A stretch of DNA of 26,777 nucleotides from a virus. Its lineage: Duplodnaviria > Caudoviricetes. Positions 9,369 through 17,840 of this stretch are shown piece after piece (the first letter of the stretch is position 1; each line of letters opens with the position of its first letter). The notes below the pieces were generated by a model. That model made no database searches. It worked only from the letters and a program-made list of their open reading frames with translations, and was not told the DNA's origin. The stretch spans positions 1 to 26,777 of IMG/VR virus record IMGVR_UViG_3300044940_000473; one strand, written 5' to 3'. Position numbers and translations under genes: made by a program.

Positions 9369-9794
9369 ATGAGTAATAATTGGGCAAAAGATATACATGA
9401 AATGCATGCAAAATATGGTTTTCATGATTGGATAAAAAAACAAATAGAAGAAGGAAATATCAGTTTACTTCGAAAATATTTAGCATTTCGAATCACGATG
9501 TTAGATGAAGAAATGAACGAAATACGTTCTGCAGCTCTTGTTCAGGATAATCCAGAAGAAATAGTAGATGGTCTAATAGATTTGATAGTTTTTGCTATTG
9601 GAACATTAGACATGATGAACGTTGATGCAAATAAAGCGTGGGATGCTGTTTTTGAAGCAAATATGAATAAAAGAGTTGGAGTAAAGCCAGATAGACCAAA
9701 TAGATTTGGAATGCCAGATCTAATAAAACTTTCTGGATGGAAGGCTCCAGATCATACAGGAAATCATGGTATACTTGATAAAATTTTGAAATGA
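9369..9794 (+). CDS. MazG-like all-alpha NTP pyrophosphohydrolase (possible dCTPase role)
   Basis: EEMNE...EEIVDGLIDL acidic motif, ANMNK, DLIK..GWKAPD. The dCTPase role is inferred from context. Confidence 0.75.
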   Translation: MSNNWAKDIHEMHAKYGFHDWIKKQIEEGNISLLRKYLAFRITMLDEEMNEIRSAALVQDNPEEIVDGLIDLIVFAIGTLDMMNVDANKAWDAVFEANMNKRVGVKPDRPNRFGMPDLIKLSGWKAPDHTGNHGILDKILK

Positions 9795-9807
9795 TAAAAA
9801 AAAAAGA

Positions 9808-9837
9808 GTTTACAATACAGTATCAATTGTATATAAT
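9808..9837 (+). promoter_or_regulatory. T4 early-like promoter upstream of the kinase/gp42 block
   Basis: A-tract, then GTTTACA-N17-TATAAT. Confidence 0.7.
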
Positions 9838-9890
9838 TGAATTTATATCAAAACAATATATTATTTGAAAAAAAATAAGAAAGGATCGTA

Positions 9891-10466
9891 ATGATATTAA
9901 TTATAGAAGGACAAGATAGATGTGGTAAAACCACACTTATCAATAATCTTAGAAAATATTATTTCAAAAATCCAAAATTAATCGTTCATCATTCATCTGC
10001 TCCACCAAAATCTGTAATGGACCCAAATATTTGGGAAATAAATCATTATACTGAAGTTGCAAAAACATTTCATATTCTTTCTGGAAAAGAAGGATATGAT
10101 ATAATATGTGATCGTTTTCATCTTGGTGCTATTGTATATGGCACACGTTACCGTGGACTAAATCCATATACAATTTATTCAATTGATGCTAATCATATAG
10201 CAAAAGGTTATGAAAGTAAAGTTGCACTTGTGCTTCTTACTGATTACTCAAAATCGATTATAGAAAGAGAAGATGGAAAATCTATAGAATCTTCTGTTTC
10301 TGAATACGATCAGACGCGTGACGATTTCATAAGAACATTTAAGCATTCTGCTATTTCTTACAAAATACATATAAACATCACCGATAATGGTGGTCTTTCA
10401 AATACATATCAAACTGTTGTTAATTTTTTGAATGATATAAGGAATGAAAATGCAAAAAGTTGCTGA
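9891..10466 (+). CDS. Thymidylate-kinase-like P-loop dNMP kinase
   Basis: IIEGQDRCGKTT P-loop, ICDRF (DR motif), VYG..YR. Confidence 0.8.
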   Translation: MILIIEGQDRCGKTTLINNLRKYYFKNPKLIVHHSSAPPKSVMDPNIWEINHYTEVAKTFHILSGKEGYDIICDRFHLGAIVYGTRYRGLNPYTIYSIDANHIAKGYESKVALVLLTDYSKSIIEREDGKSIESSVSEYDQTRDDFIRTFKHSAISYKIHINITDNGGLSNTYQTVVNFLNDIRNENAKSC

Positions 10467-11199
10467 TATTCGAAAAAAATTTATTCAAAAATATAAAAAT
10501 AGAGAATTCGTTATTGATAAAACCGGCGTTAAGACCGTTGAGTTGATCGGTGAGTCTTTTCTTGCAGATGAAGATTGGATTATTCGTAAACCAAATCATG
10601 ATTACATTAATCGTGAGCTTGAATGGTATAAATCTCAATCTCTTTATATTGAAGATATTCCTGGAGAAACTCCTGAAATATGGAAAAAAGTTGCAGATAA
10701 AGAAGGTAAGATCAATTCCAATTATGGATATCTGATTTGGTCCGCCGAAAATGGAAATCAATATGAAAACGTGAAAACAGAACTTCAAAAGAATCCAAAC
10801 AGTCGAAGAGCTGTTATGATTTACAATCGTCCTTCTATGCATAAAGATTACTGTGAAAATGGTATGTCCGATTTTATTTGTACATATGCAAATACTTTTT
10901 TGATTCGTGACGGAAAACTTATTAGTCACTATTTGATGAGAAGCAATTGTGCAGTTCACGGCTTTGGAAATGATGTTGCTTGGGCTCGTTATGTTCAAAA
11001 ACAACTTGCGCATGACTTGAATGTAGAAATAGGTGATCTCATTTGGTCAGTTACAAGTCTTCATGTATATCAACATCATTTTAAATTTCTTGAAAAATTG
11101 TATAGAGACTCAATTGGAGATACAACCTATGATATGAATGATGATAAAACATGGGAAGGATCATGGGATATGTATATAAATTCACTTACAAAGAAATGA
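10444..11199 (+). CDS. 42: dCMP hydroxymethylase (gp42-like, thymidylate synthase fold)
   Basis: Closely resembles T4 gp42 as recalled: DKTGVKT, RELEWYKS, DIPGETP.IW, INSNYG, RPSM, GMSDFIC (catalytic Cys), GFGND (dCMP-specifying Asp), SLHVY..HF. Confidence 0.88.
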   Translation: MKMQKVADIRKKFIQKYKNREFVIDKTGVKTVELIGESFLADEDWIIRKPNHDYINRELEWYKSQSLYIEDIPGETPEIWKKVADKEGKINSNYGYLIWSAENGNQYENVKTELQKNPNSRRAVMIYNRPSMHKDYCENGMSDFICTYANTFLIRDGKLISHYLMRSNCAVHGFGNDVAWARYVQKQLAHDLNVEIGDLIWSVTSLHVYQHHFKFLEKLYRDSIGDTTYDMNDDKTWEGSWDMYINSLTKK

Positions 11200-11232
11200 A
11201 AAAAAAAGTATTAATCATTGGAGAGTTACTAA

Positions 11233-11457
11233 ATGAATAAATTAATAGTTCTTTCTGATATTATTGAGACAAAAATAAGAAAAGAAAAGGAGCTTGAGTT
11301 TTACCAAAAAGAACTTGAAAAATTGCAGCAGAAGATGTTTTTTATTCGTAAAGAAATTGAAATTACAAATCTCTGTATTCAAATAATTGAACAAGAAAAA
11401 GTTCTCGATATTCAACAGCAAATTCGAGCAAAAATGATAGAAAAAAAAGATGAATAG
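11233..11457 (+). CDS. Small coiled-coil hypothetical protein
   Basis: GGAG SD, heptad-like E/K/L/I composition, co-directional with the operon. Confidence 0.7.
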   Translation: MNKLIVLSDIIETKIRKEKELEFYQKELEKLQQKMFFIRKEIEITNLCIQIIEQEKVLDIQQQIRAKMIEKKDE

Positions 11458-11561
11458 ATTCAGCAAAATTTTAAAACAATTATAATGAATAATTCATTTT
11501 ATGAATATCAAAAAATTAAAAATGCAAAAATGTATAACATTATTATTATAAAGGTGAATTA

Positions 11562-12107
11562 ATGGAAATTGATATAAAATGGGATACGCGTTTTATGAAA
11601 CTTGCCAAAGAAATTTCTACTTGGAGTAAAGATCCTTCAACAAAAGTTGGAGCAATTATAGTAAACAATGAACGTCGTATTCTTGCAACTGGATATAATG
11701 GATTTCCTCGTGGAATCAAAGATACAGCTGAAAGATTGAATGATAGAGAAAAGAAATATCCTTTAATAGTTCATGCTGAAATGAATGCTTTAATGAATGC
11801 ACTTTATAATGGTGTATCTGTTAAGAATGCAACAATTTATGTTTGGCCTCTTCCAATATGTTCTGAATGTACAAAGAATATTATTCAATCAGGAATAACA
11901 AGAGTTTCTATAATTTCACCAAAAAATGCTTCTGAAATGTGGAAAAATCAATGGGAAAAAACGTCAAAACTTATGTTTGAAGAAGCAGGAGTAAAGATCA
12001 CTTATTTAGATGACATAGAAAAATCACAAGAAGATGAAACACATTTAAAATCAAAAAAAGAATCAATTTATGAATATATGAAAAGTGGCATAAGAAGTAT
12101 TTTCTAA
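11562..12107 (+). CDS. cd: dCMP deaminase
   Basis: SKDPSTKVGA, TGYNG, HAEMNA, PICSEC zinc motifs. Confidence 0.92.
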   Translation: MEIDIKWDTRFMKLAKEISTWSKDPSTKVGAIIVNNERRILATGYNGFPRGIKDTAERLNDREKKYPLIVHAEMNALMNALYNGVSVKNATIYVWPLPICSECTKNIIQSGITRVSIISPKNASEMWKNQWEKTSKLMFEEAGVKITYLDDIEKSQEDETHLKSKKESIYEYMKSGIRSIF

Positions 12108-12760
12108 TGGCAAAAAATTTAGCTGACATATATATAGGTGTAAAAAAAGATAATCCTAATCGAAAAGAAAATGATTTTTATCCAACTCCTCCTCTTGCCA
12201 CATATATACTACAAAAATATGTGAATCTTCCAAAAAATATTGTCGAACCCTGTGCTGGCCGCGGAAATATTTCTATTGAATTAAAAAGATGTGGATTTAA
12301 TGTTGTGTCTTTTGATCTTTATAACTATAATCCTACTTTATGTGATATTCAAGCAGGAGTTGATGTTCTTTCATTACCAAAACAAATTGGTTATGATGCA
12401 TTAGTAACAAATCCTCCTTATTATAAGGATTTACCTCGTCTTATTGCAGAAAAAGGTATATCAGAATATGATGTAACAGCACTTTTTGTTCGACTTACAT
12501 TTCTTGAAGGAAAAAAGAGAAAAAAGATGTTTACAAATCACACTCCAAGTGATATAATAATTTTATCTGATAGAATAAAATTTAATACGAATCTTTTAGA
12601 ACCTATAAATAAAGATGATCAAATTGGTGGCATGATAGCATATGTTTGGGTCGTTTTTGATAAGAGAAAAACAAGTAATTCAACTAATTTAAAATGGGTA
12701 TTACTTGAAGAAGAATATGATGAATGGCGTAATCATTATGAAAAGGCAAAAATAAAATGA
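12107..12760 (+). CDS. Amino (N6-A/N4-C) DNA methyltransferase-like protein
   Basis: DFYPTP, EPCAGRG (motif I), TNPPY (motif IV). Confidence 0.8.
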   Translation: MAKNLADIYIGVKKDNPNRKENDFYPTPPLATYILQKYVNLPKNIVEPCAGRGNISIELKRCGFNVVSFDLYNYNPTLCDIQAGVDVLSLPKQIGYDALVTNPPYYKDLPRLIAEKGISEYDVTALFVRLTFLEGKKRKKMFTNHTPSDIIILSDRIKFNTNLLEPINKDDQIGGMIAYVWVVFDKRKTSNSTNLKWVLLEEEYDEWRNHYEKAKIK

Positions 12761-13842
12761 AAATATTGATACCATTTTTTATGACAGATGAACACGATCT
12801 CGATAGTCCTTATGTTTCTGGAGGTATCGAAAGATTTATTCAACTCATCTATCAAAATTTTCCAGGAGAAGTAATTCCATTCTATTACAATGAAGAAGAT
12901 CGTAAAAAACGTCTTACGACCTTAAAACTTTCTCAAGCAATCATTCAACATAATCCTGATGTACTTATGGTGAATTTTGATTCACCTACTTTGATTACAA
13001 ACATTCAGGATACATTTAATATTCCTATTGTATGGGTTAGTCATACTGCTGCTGGCGGTATTAGTAAAATTGGTCATGTTGAAATGATGAAAAATTTTCT
13101 TGAAAAAGGTGGTACGCTTGCAATGGTAAGTCCATGGCAATATGCAGGCATGGATAAGCTTTCAAGACGTATTAATGGAATTCCTCTTGATCTTAATGGT
13201 GGTTTTATCAATTCTGCATTTTGTAGTGGCGATGAACCTGTATATGAAGATCTTGAATATGATATTACAACAATTGCTCGAATGAATAGAATTAAGAATC
13301 CATATCTAAATCATAAACTTTCACATCCAAATGGTTATCATAGTTTAGTTTTGACGACAACGAGCAATCTAGTCGCAAGTGAAAACATTCATTACTATAA
13401 AATTAATTCTCATTGGAAGTATCCTCAAGAAACAATTGAAAATTTGCCTCATAAAGAAGTAATGGAAAAATTGTCTAGATCGCGTGTATATTTTTCCACG
13501 TGTCCTGCAGAAACTTGGGGAATTACTGTTCTAGAAGCTCTTTCAAGAGGACTTCCTGTTGTAGTTGCAACAGATACTACAGATACACATGCTTCAGAAT
13601 GCATTCCAGCATCACCGAATCATATTGTTAAAGTGCGTTCAAATATTAGACCAGCTCCTTTTAAGGAAGTTGTTGACAAATTATTAAAATTAAGTTATAA
13701 TGAACGTATAGAAATATCAGAACTTACGAAACAAAAACATTCAAAATCTAACTGGATTAAATCACTTCAAAATCTTTTTGAGCAATCAATAGATAGAAAT
13801 AAAAAATTGAAGAAAAAGTCAATTTTTGACTTATTTACATAG
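12757..13842 (+). CDS. GT-B fold glycosyltransferase (GT4-like)
   Basis: N-terminal SGGIERF, ETWGITVLEALSRGLPVV (E-x7-E); C-terminal SIFDLFT tail. Confidence 0.85.
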   Translation: MKILIPFFMTDEHDLDSPYVSGGIERFIQLIYQNFPGEVIPFYYNEEDRKKRLTTLKLSQAIIQHNPDVLMVNFDSPTLITNIQDTFNIPIVWVSHTAAGGISKIGHVEMMKNFLEKGGTLAMVSPWQYAGMDKLSRRINGIPLDLNGGFINSAFCSGDEPVYEDLEYDITTIARMNRIKNPYLNHKLSHPNGYHSLVLTTTSNLVASENIHYYKINSHWKYPQETIENLPHKEVMEKLSRSRVYFSTCPAETWGITVLEALSRGLPVVVATDTTDTHASECIPASPNHIVKVRSNIRPAPFKEVVDKLLKLSYNERIEISELTKQKHSKSNWIKSLQNLFEQSIDRNKKLKKKSIFDLFT

Positions 13843-13850
13843 TATTTGTG

Positions 13851-13858
13851 TATAAATA
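13851..13858 (+). promoter_or_regulatory. T4-type late promoter (gp55-dependent)
   Basis: Exact TATAAATA at the start of an intergenic region; gp55 is encoded in the window. Confidence 0.7.
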
Positions 13859-13864
13859 CACAAC

Positions 13865-13935
13865 ATCAACAAAACTAGTTGATAAAACCTTGATCCAGGT
13901 TTAGGATCCGACCTACCCGGTTAACATTTAACCGG
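13865..13935 (+). ncRNA. Candidate structured 5' leader with tandem hairpins
   Basis: ATCAAC/GTTGAT, AAACCT/AGGTTT, TAGG/CCTA, CCGGTTAA/TTAACCGG inverted repeats in series; locally GC-rich. Confidence 0.45.
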
Positions 13936-13981
13936 CCAAAATATTTTAGTCGTTAAACTGATATGAAAGAAAGGAAAATGT

Positions 13982-15277
13982 ATGAAAAAAATTAAAGTTG
14001 GAATTATTGGTGTAGGAAATTGTGCTAAATCTTTAGTAGAAGGTATTCAATATTATAATGAAAATCCTGATGATACTGTGGGACTTATGTATCCCGATAT
14101 AGGAGGTTATAGAACTTCTGATATTGAATTCGTAATAGGGTTTGATGTAGATCGCCGTAAAGTAAATAAGCCACTTAAAGAAGCACTTCGAGCAGCTCCT
14201 AATTGCTCTATGGATCATGTAAAAGAAATTCTTGAAAGCGGTTCAAATTCTCCGGGTTGTGTTGCACCCGGAGCAATGGTATATTCTAGTCCAACTCTTG
14301 ATGGTGTTGCAGAATGGATGGAATATTATCCTGAAGAGATTTCTTTTAGAACTGGAGCTGAAGCTGCTAAATCATTTGATGATATTGTAGAATTGGTTAA
14401 GAAAACTGGCGTAGATGTTTTGATTAATTATTTGCCAGTTGGTTCAGAAAGAGCTACTCGTTTTTACATTGATGTTGCATTGAAAGCAGGTGTTCATTTT
14501 GTAAATTGTATTCCAACAATTATAGAAACTAAAGAAACTCAAAAAATTGAACAAAAATTTATCGATGCCGGACTTACATTTATCGGTTCAGATATGCGTT
14601 CAGCTTGGGGCGCATCAAGACTTTCTGAAGTTCTTCAGGGTGCAATGATCGATGCTGGTTTGCATGTAACTTATCACGTTCAAACAAATCGTATTGGAGG
14701 AGCTACACAAGGTAAAGAACATATTCGTTCCGGTGTTAGCTCGAATACAGATTTCATCAATATGGCTGAAAAACAAAGACTTCACAGTAAGCATATATCA
14801 AAAGAAAATGTCATTAAGGGCCAAAACACAGTTCGTGGTGTAAGTTACGGAGGTGATACACTTTATGCCGGTCCTTCACTTACCGTTATTCAAAAACCTG
14901 GTGGAACTTATATTGGATCCGATAATAAAATTGCAGATATTGATATCATAGCATTTGGTTTTGCTGGTGCAAGATATACACTTCAGGCTAGACTTTCTTG
15001 TCAGGATTCACCAAATTCTGGTGCAGTAGTTATTTCTGCAATTCGTTTCTGTAAAGTTGCTTCTGAAATGGGTATTGTTGGTATTTTACGTGGACCGAGT
15101 GCATATACTCAAAAAACAAGTCCTTTACAATTGACGAGTGCCGATGCTAAATTTGAGTGTGATGCTCTTGCACGTAGACAGCTCACAGATCTTACAAGAC
15201 CTCAATTAAAATCAAATAAACCAGATGCAAAAAAATTACCATATACATTTCAATACGGAAAAACTGACTATGAATAA
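13982..15277 (+). CDS. ino1: myo-inositol-1-phosphate synthase (divergent)
   Basis: GVGNCA NAD-binding motif, INYLPVGS, FVNCIP, NTDFINM..RLHSKHISK, DNK, DSPNS match bacterial/archaeal MIPS. Confidence 0.88.
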   Translation: MKKIKVGIIGVGNCAKSLVEGIQYYNENPDDTVGLMYPDIGGYRTSDIEFVIGFDVDRRKVNKPLKEALRAAPNCSMDHVKEILESGSNSPGCVAPGAMVYSSPTLDGVAEWMEYYPEEISFRTGAEAAKSFDDIVELVKKTGVDVLINYLPVGSERATRFYIDVALKAGVHFVNCIPTIIETKETQKIEQKFIDAGLTFIGSDMRSAWGASRLSEVLQGAMIDAGLHVTYHVQTNRIGGATQGKEHIRSGVSSNTDFINMAEKQRLHSKHISKENVIKGQNTVRGVSYGGDTLYAGPSLTVIQKPGGTYIGSDNKIADIDIIAFGFAGARYTLQARLSCQDSPNSGAVVISAIRFCKVASEMGIVGILRGPSAYTQKTSPLQLTSADAKFECDALARRQLTDLTRPQLKSNKPDAKKLPYTFQYGKTDYE

Positions 15278-15650
15278 TATTCCAGACAAGTATATAAATT
15301 CATTTGATATCGACGGTGTAATTTATATGGGAGATACCTTTACTGGTGTCTTCCCTGGACCAGATGATATTATTATTACTGGGCGTTCATATGAAGAATT
15401 TGATGTAACAAATAAAATGCTTAAAGAAAGAGGAATATATAATAAAGTTTTCATGAATCCTCTTCCATTTAATCAAAAAACTCGTAAATCTTCTGGTCAA
15501 CATAAAGCAAGAACACTTTCTTATCTTGAAGATATTGGTTATAAGATAGGAATTCATTTTGAAGATGATCCTATACAAGCCGAAGAAATTCGTAAGCTTA
15601 TGCCGCACATAAATATAGTTATGTTAGAACACAATTTAACAAAAAAATAA
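15270..15650 (+). CDS. Capless HAD-superfamily phosphatase
   Basis: FDIDGV (DxD motif I), ITGRS (II), K (III), FEDD (IV). Start placed at ATG 15270, overlapping the MIPS stop. Confidence 0.8.
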   Translation: MNNIPDKYINSFDIDGVIYMGDTFTGVFPGPDDIIITGRSYEEFDVTNKMLKERGIYNKVFMNPLPFNQKTRKSSGQHKARTLSYLEDIGYKIGIHFEDDPIQAEEIRKLMPHINIVMLEHNLTKK

Positions 15651-15653
15651 AAC

Positions 15654-16745
15654 ATGAAAAAAGAAACTTTTTCTGTTCAAGAATTAAAATCTATGGCTGA
15701 TCCAGAAGCGTATAGATATTTTAACAAATGGGTTCTTGACTTCTTTAAAAGAGAAGTACTTCGTGAAAGTGGCCGAATTGATGAATATGTAATTGATCCA
15801 GAATTTGGCCAAGCAATGCGTCAAGAAGTTTCTTATTGGAACCCAAATCGATCTAAACACGCAGAAGTTTTTTGGTTGGAAAATTATGTTTTCAATCAAA
15901 AGACATCTATGCGCAATAAAATTTTAAACGCCATAGCTGTTAAATTTGTTGGTATGCCAACACTTACATTAGTTGCTTCTAATACTGCCGATTATTCTAA
16001 TATCATAGACTTTGATGAATACAAACTAAAAGGTGATTATTATCATATTATAAACAAAAATTTAGAAGAAAATGTTCATAGACTAAAAGTTTGGGGTGCT
16101 ACACAACTTCAAACATCATTACAAACTGCAGCACGTAATTTTGTAAGAGAAGAAGAAAATAATCCTAATATAGTTTTTAAACTTTCACATATGATACGTT
16201 GGATCGATCATTTAGATAAATTAGGTTTAAGTGATGTTGTACAAGATCCAAAAAATTCTCTTGGAGATGTTTGCGAGTGGTTAAAAAAACATAAAGGAAT
16301 AGGACCCTATTTTAGTTATCATCCGCCTTGTAATTTTTCTCGTTGTAAAGATTTACCACATATAGATGAAGATGATGATTATTGTTTAGTTGGTCCTGGT
16401 GCAGCACAAGGCATGGCATTTGTTTTTCCAAAAGTAAAACTTAAAAATAACGATATAATGGAAAAAATAATACTTTCAGTTCGTAAACATCAATACGAAT
16501 TTTTTGAATTTCCAGATGAAACGGCATTGCAATTCTATAAAGAAAATCTTGAAAGAAACGGATATCTTACAACTTTTGGCACAGAAATAACATTCTGTCA
16601 GTTTAATTGTTTTCTTTCTATTAAAGATAATCCCAAATTACAAGAAAAAAGAATTTTACCATTGACTTTTGAAGCTTTTGATAAAATTGCTCTTGATCTT
16701 AAATCTCGTTTAAATCGTAACACTCTTGAAAAATTTTTTACTTAA
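15654..16745 (+). CDS. aGPT-Pplase / amino-acid:DNA transferase-like protein (HhH-glycosylase-related fold)
   Basis: KGIGPYFSYH...DEDDDYCLVGPGAAQGM...EITFCQF resembles the G.G.F / GPGA / E...C.F pattern of phage base-hypermodification transferases; C-terminal TLEKFFT. Confidence 0.65.
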   Translation: MKKETFSVQELKSMADPEAYRYFNKWVLDFFKREVLRESGRIDEYVIDPEFGQAMRQEVSYWNPNRSKHAEVFWLENYVFNQKTSMRNKILNAIAVKFVGMPTLTLVASNTADYSNIIDFDEYKLKGDYYHIINKNLEENVHRLKVWGATQLQTSLQTAARNFVREEENNPNIVFKLSHMIRWIDHLDKLGLSDVVQDPKNSLGDVCEWLKKHKGIGPYFSYHPPCNFSRCKDLPHIDEDDDYCLVGPGAAQGMAFVFPKVKLKNNDIMEKIILSVRKHQYEFFEFPDETALQFYKENLERNGYLTTFGTEITFCQFNCFLSIKDNPKLQEKRILPLTFEAFDKIALDLKSRLNRNTLEKFFT

Positions 16746-16766
16746 TAAAGAGGGATATTTTACTTT

Positions 16767-17792
16767 ATGAAAATAGCTATTGTTTCACCAACAAATACAC
16801 TTACTAGTCATGTTTATTCACATCGGTCTGCTCCAGCTGTTATCTATTGTCATCAGCTTCGTGAAATGGGTCATGATGCAGAAGTAGATTTTGAAGGTAA
16901 GATTGAAGATCTTAATGAATATGACATGGTATATATGTATCATGCCGATAATGGAACTTCTCGTATAAAACCCAATACAATGAACATTTTTGGAGGACTT
17001 CAGAATTGTCCATATTCACATAATATTGTGAAGATTTCAAAATATAACGGTCCAATTGTATCACTTAACTGCGAATTTCCTGAATATCAAAGATTATTGA
17101 AAAGAAAATTTGAACTTGCAAAAAAGAACAATACCTATATAGAACCAATTTGGTATGAACTTAATATAGATAACTGGGGTCGATTTGAAAGAGAAGCGAA
17201 AGTTGTTACACATATAAATCCTACTAAAAAACTTATAATTGGTGATAGTCATGCTATTAGTATGTATCGTCCTGGTTGGTCTTTTAATGCAATTGTTTAT
17301 AAAACATTACATGGCGCTCTTAATGTTGGGTTAAAAAACTTGATTGACATTGATGGCGTAGAAGAATTAGAATTTTATTTTGGCAATATTGATGTTAGAC
17401 ATCATCTTTGTAGAATTGAAGGTGATCCAATCAAAAATACTGAAGCTTTAGCTGATAGATATATTGAACAGGCTCGTGAGCTTGATGCAAAAATTTATGA
17501 ACTTCTTCCAATTGAAAATGAAAGCAGAGTAGTGCCAAAAAGCGGTTATTATAACGGTAGACCATTTTGGGGATCTTGGGCTGAAAGAAAAAGAGTTCGT
17601 GATCATTTTAATGATTACATCGAATATAAATACGGCATAATACGCTGGACGGATTATCTTTTAAATGATAAAGGAGAACTTGATTTCAAATATATGGAAA
17701 AGCCGAGATCAATTCATTTATCTCGTGAATATTATCCATATTGGAATGGACTTGAAAATAAAACAAAAAGTCTTGAAAACTTTTTTGTCTAA
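16767..17792 (+). CDS. Two-domain protein: Rossmann-like N-terminus plus SGNH/GDSL-like C-terminal domain
   Basis: IIGDSHA, FGNIDVRHH, SIHLS; C-terminal SLENFFV. Confidence 0.55.
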   Translation: MKIAIVSPTNTLTSHVYSHRSAPAVIYCHQLREMGHDAEVDFEGKIEDLNEYDMVYMYHADNGTSRIKPNTMNIFGGLQNCPYSHNIVKISKYNGPIVSLNCEFPEYQRLLKRKFELAKKNNTYIEPIWYELNIDNWGRFEREAKVVTHINPTKKLIIGDSHAISMYRPGWSFNAIVYKTLHGALNVGLKNLIDIDGVEELEFYFGNIDVRHHLCRIEGDPIKNTEALADRYIEQARELDAKIYELLPIENESRVVPKSGYYNGRPFWGSWAERKRVRDHFNDYIEYKYGIIRWTDYLLNDKGELDFKYMEKPRSIHLSREYYPYWNGLENKTKSLENFFV

Positions 17793-17840
17793 CATATATT
17801 ATTAATCGAATAAAAAATATTCATAAAATGAGGACTTATT

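Noticed and set aside
10444-11199. Ordinary thymidylate synthase or dUMP hydroxymethylase (5hmU pathway)
   Set aside because: It has Asp (GND) at the dCMP/dUMP specificity position and resembles gp42 throughout, although the aGPT-Pplase-like neighbour keeps 5hmU a remote option.
11196-11240. 14-aa micro-ORF MKKKVLIIGELLNE bridging gp42 and the next gene
   Set aside because: Too short to support; its GGAG is simply the SD of the 11233 gene.
362-15899. Short minus-strand ORFs in the track (e.g. 362-622, 5566-5820, 8494-8721, 10420-11013, 15387-15608)
   Set aside because: They are antisense shadows of well-supported genes, with no motifs or SDs.
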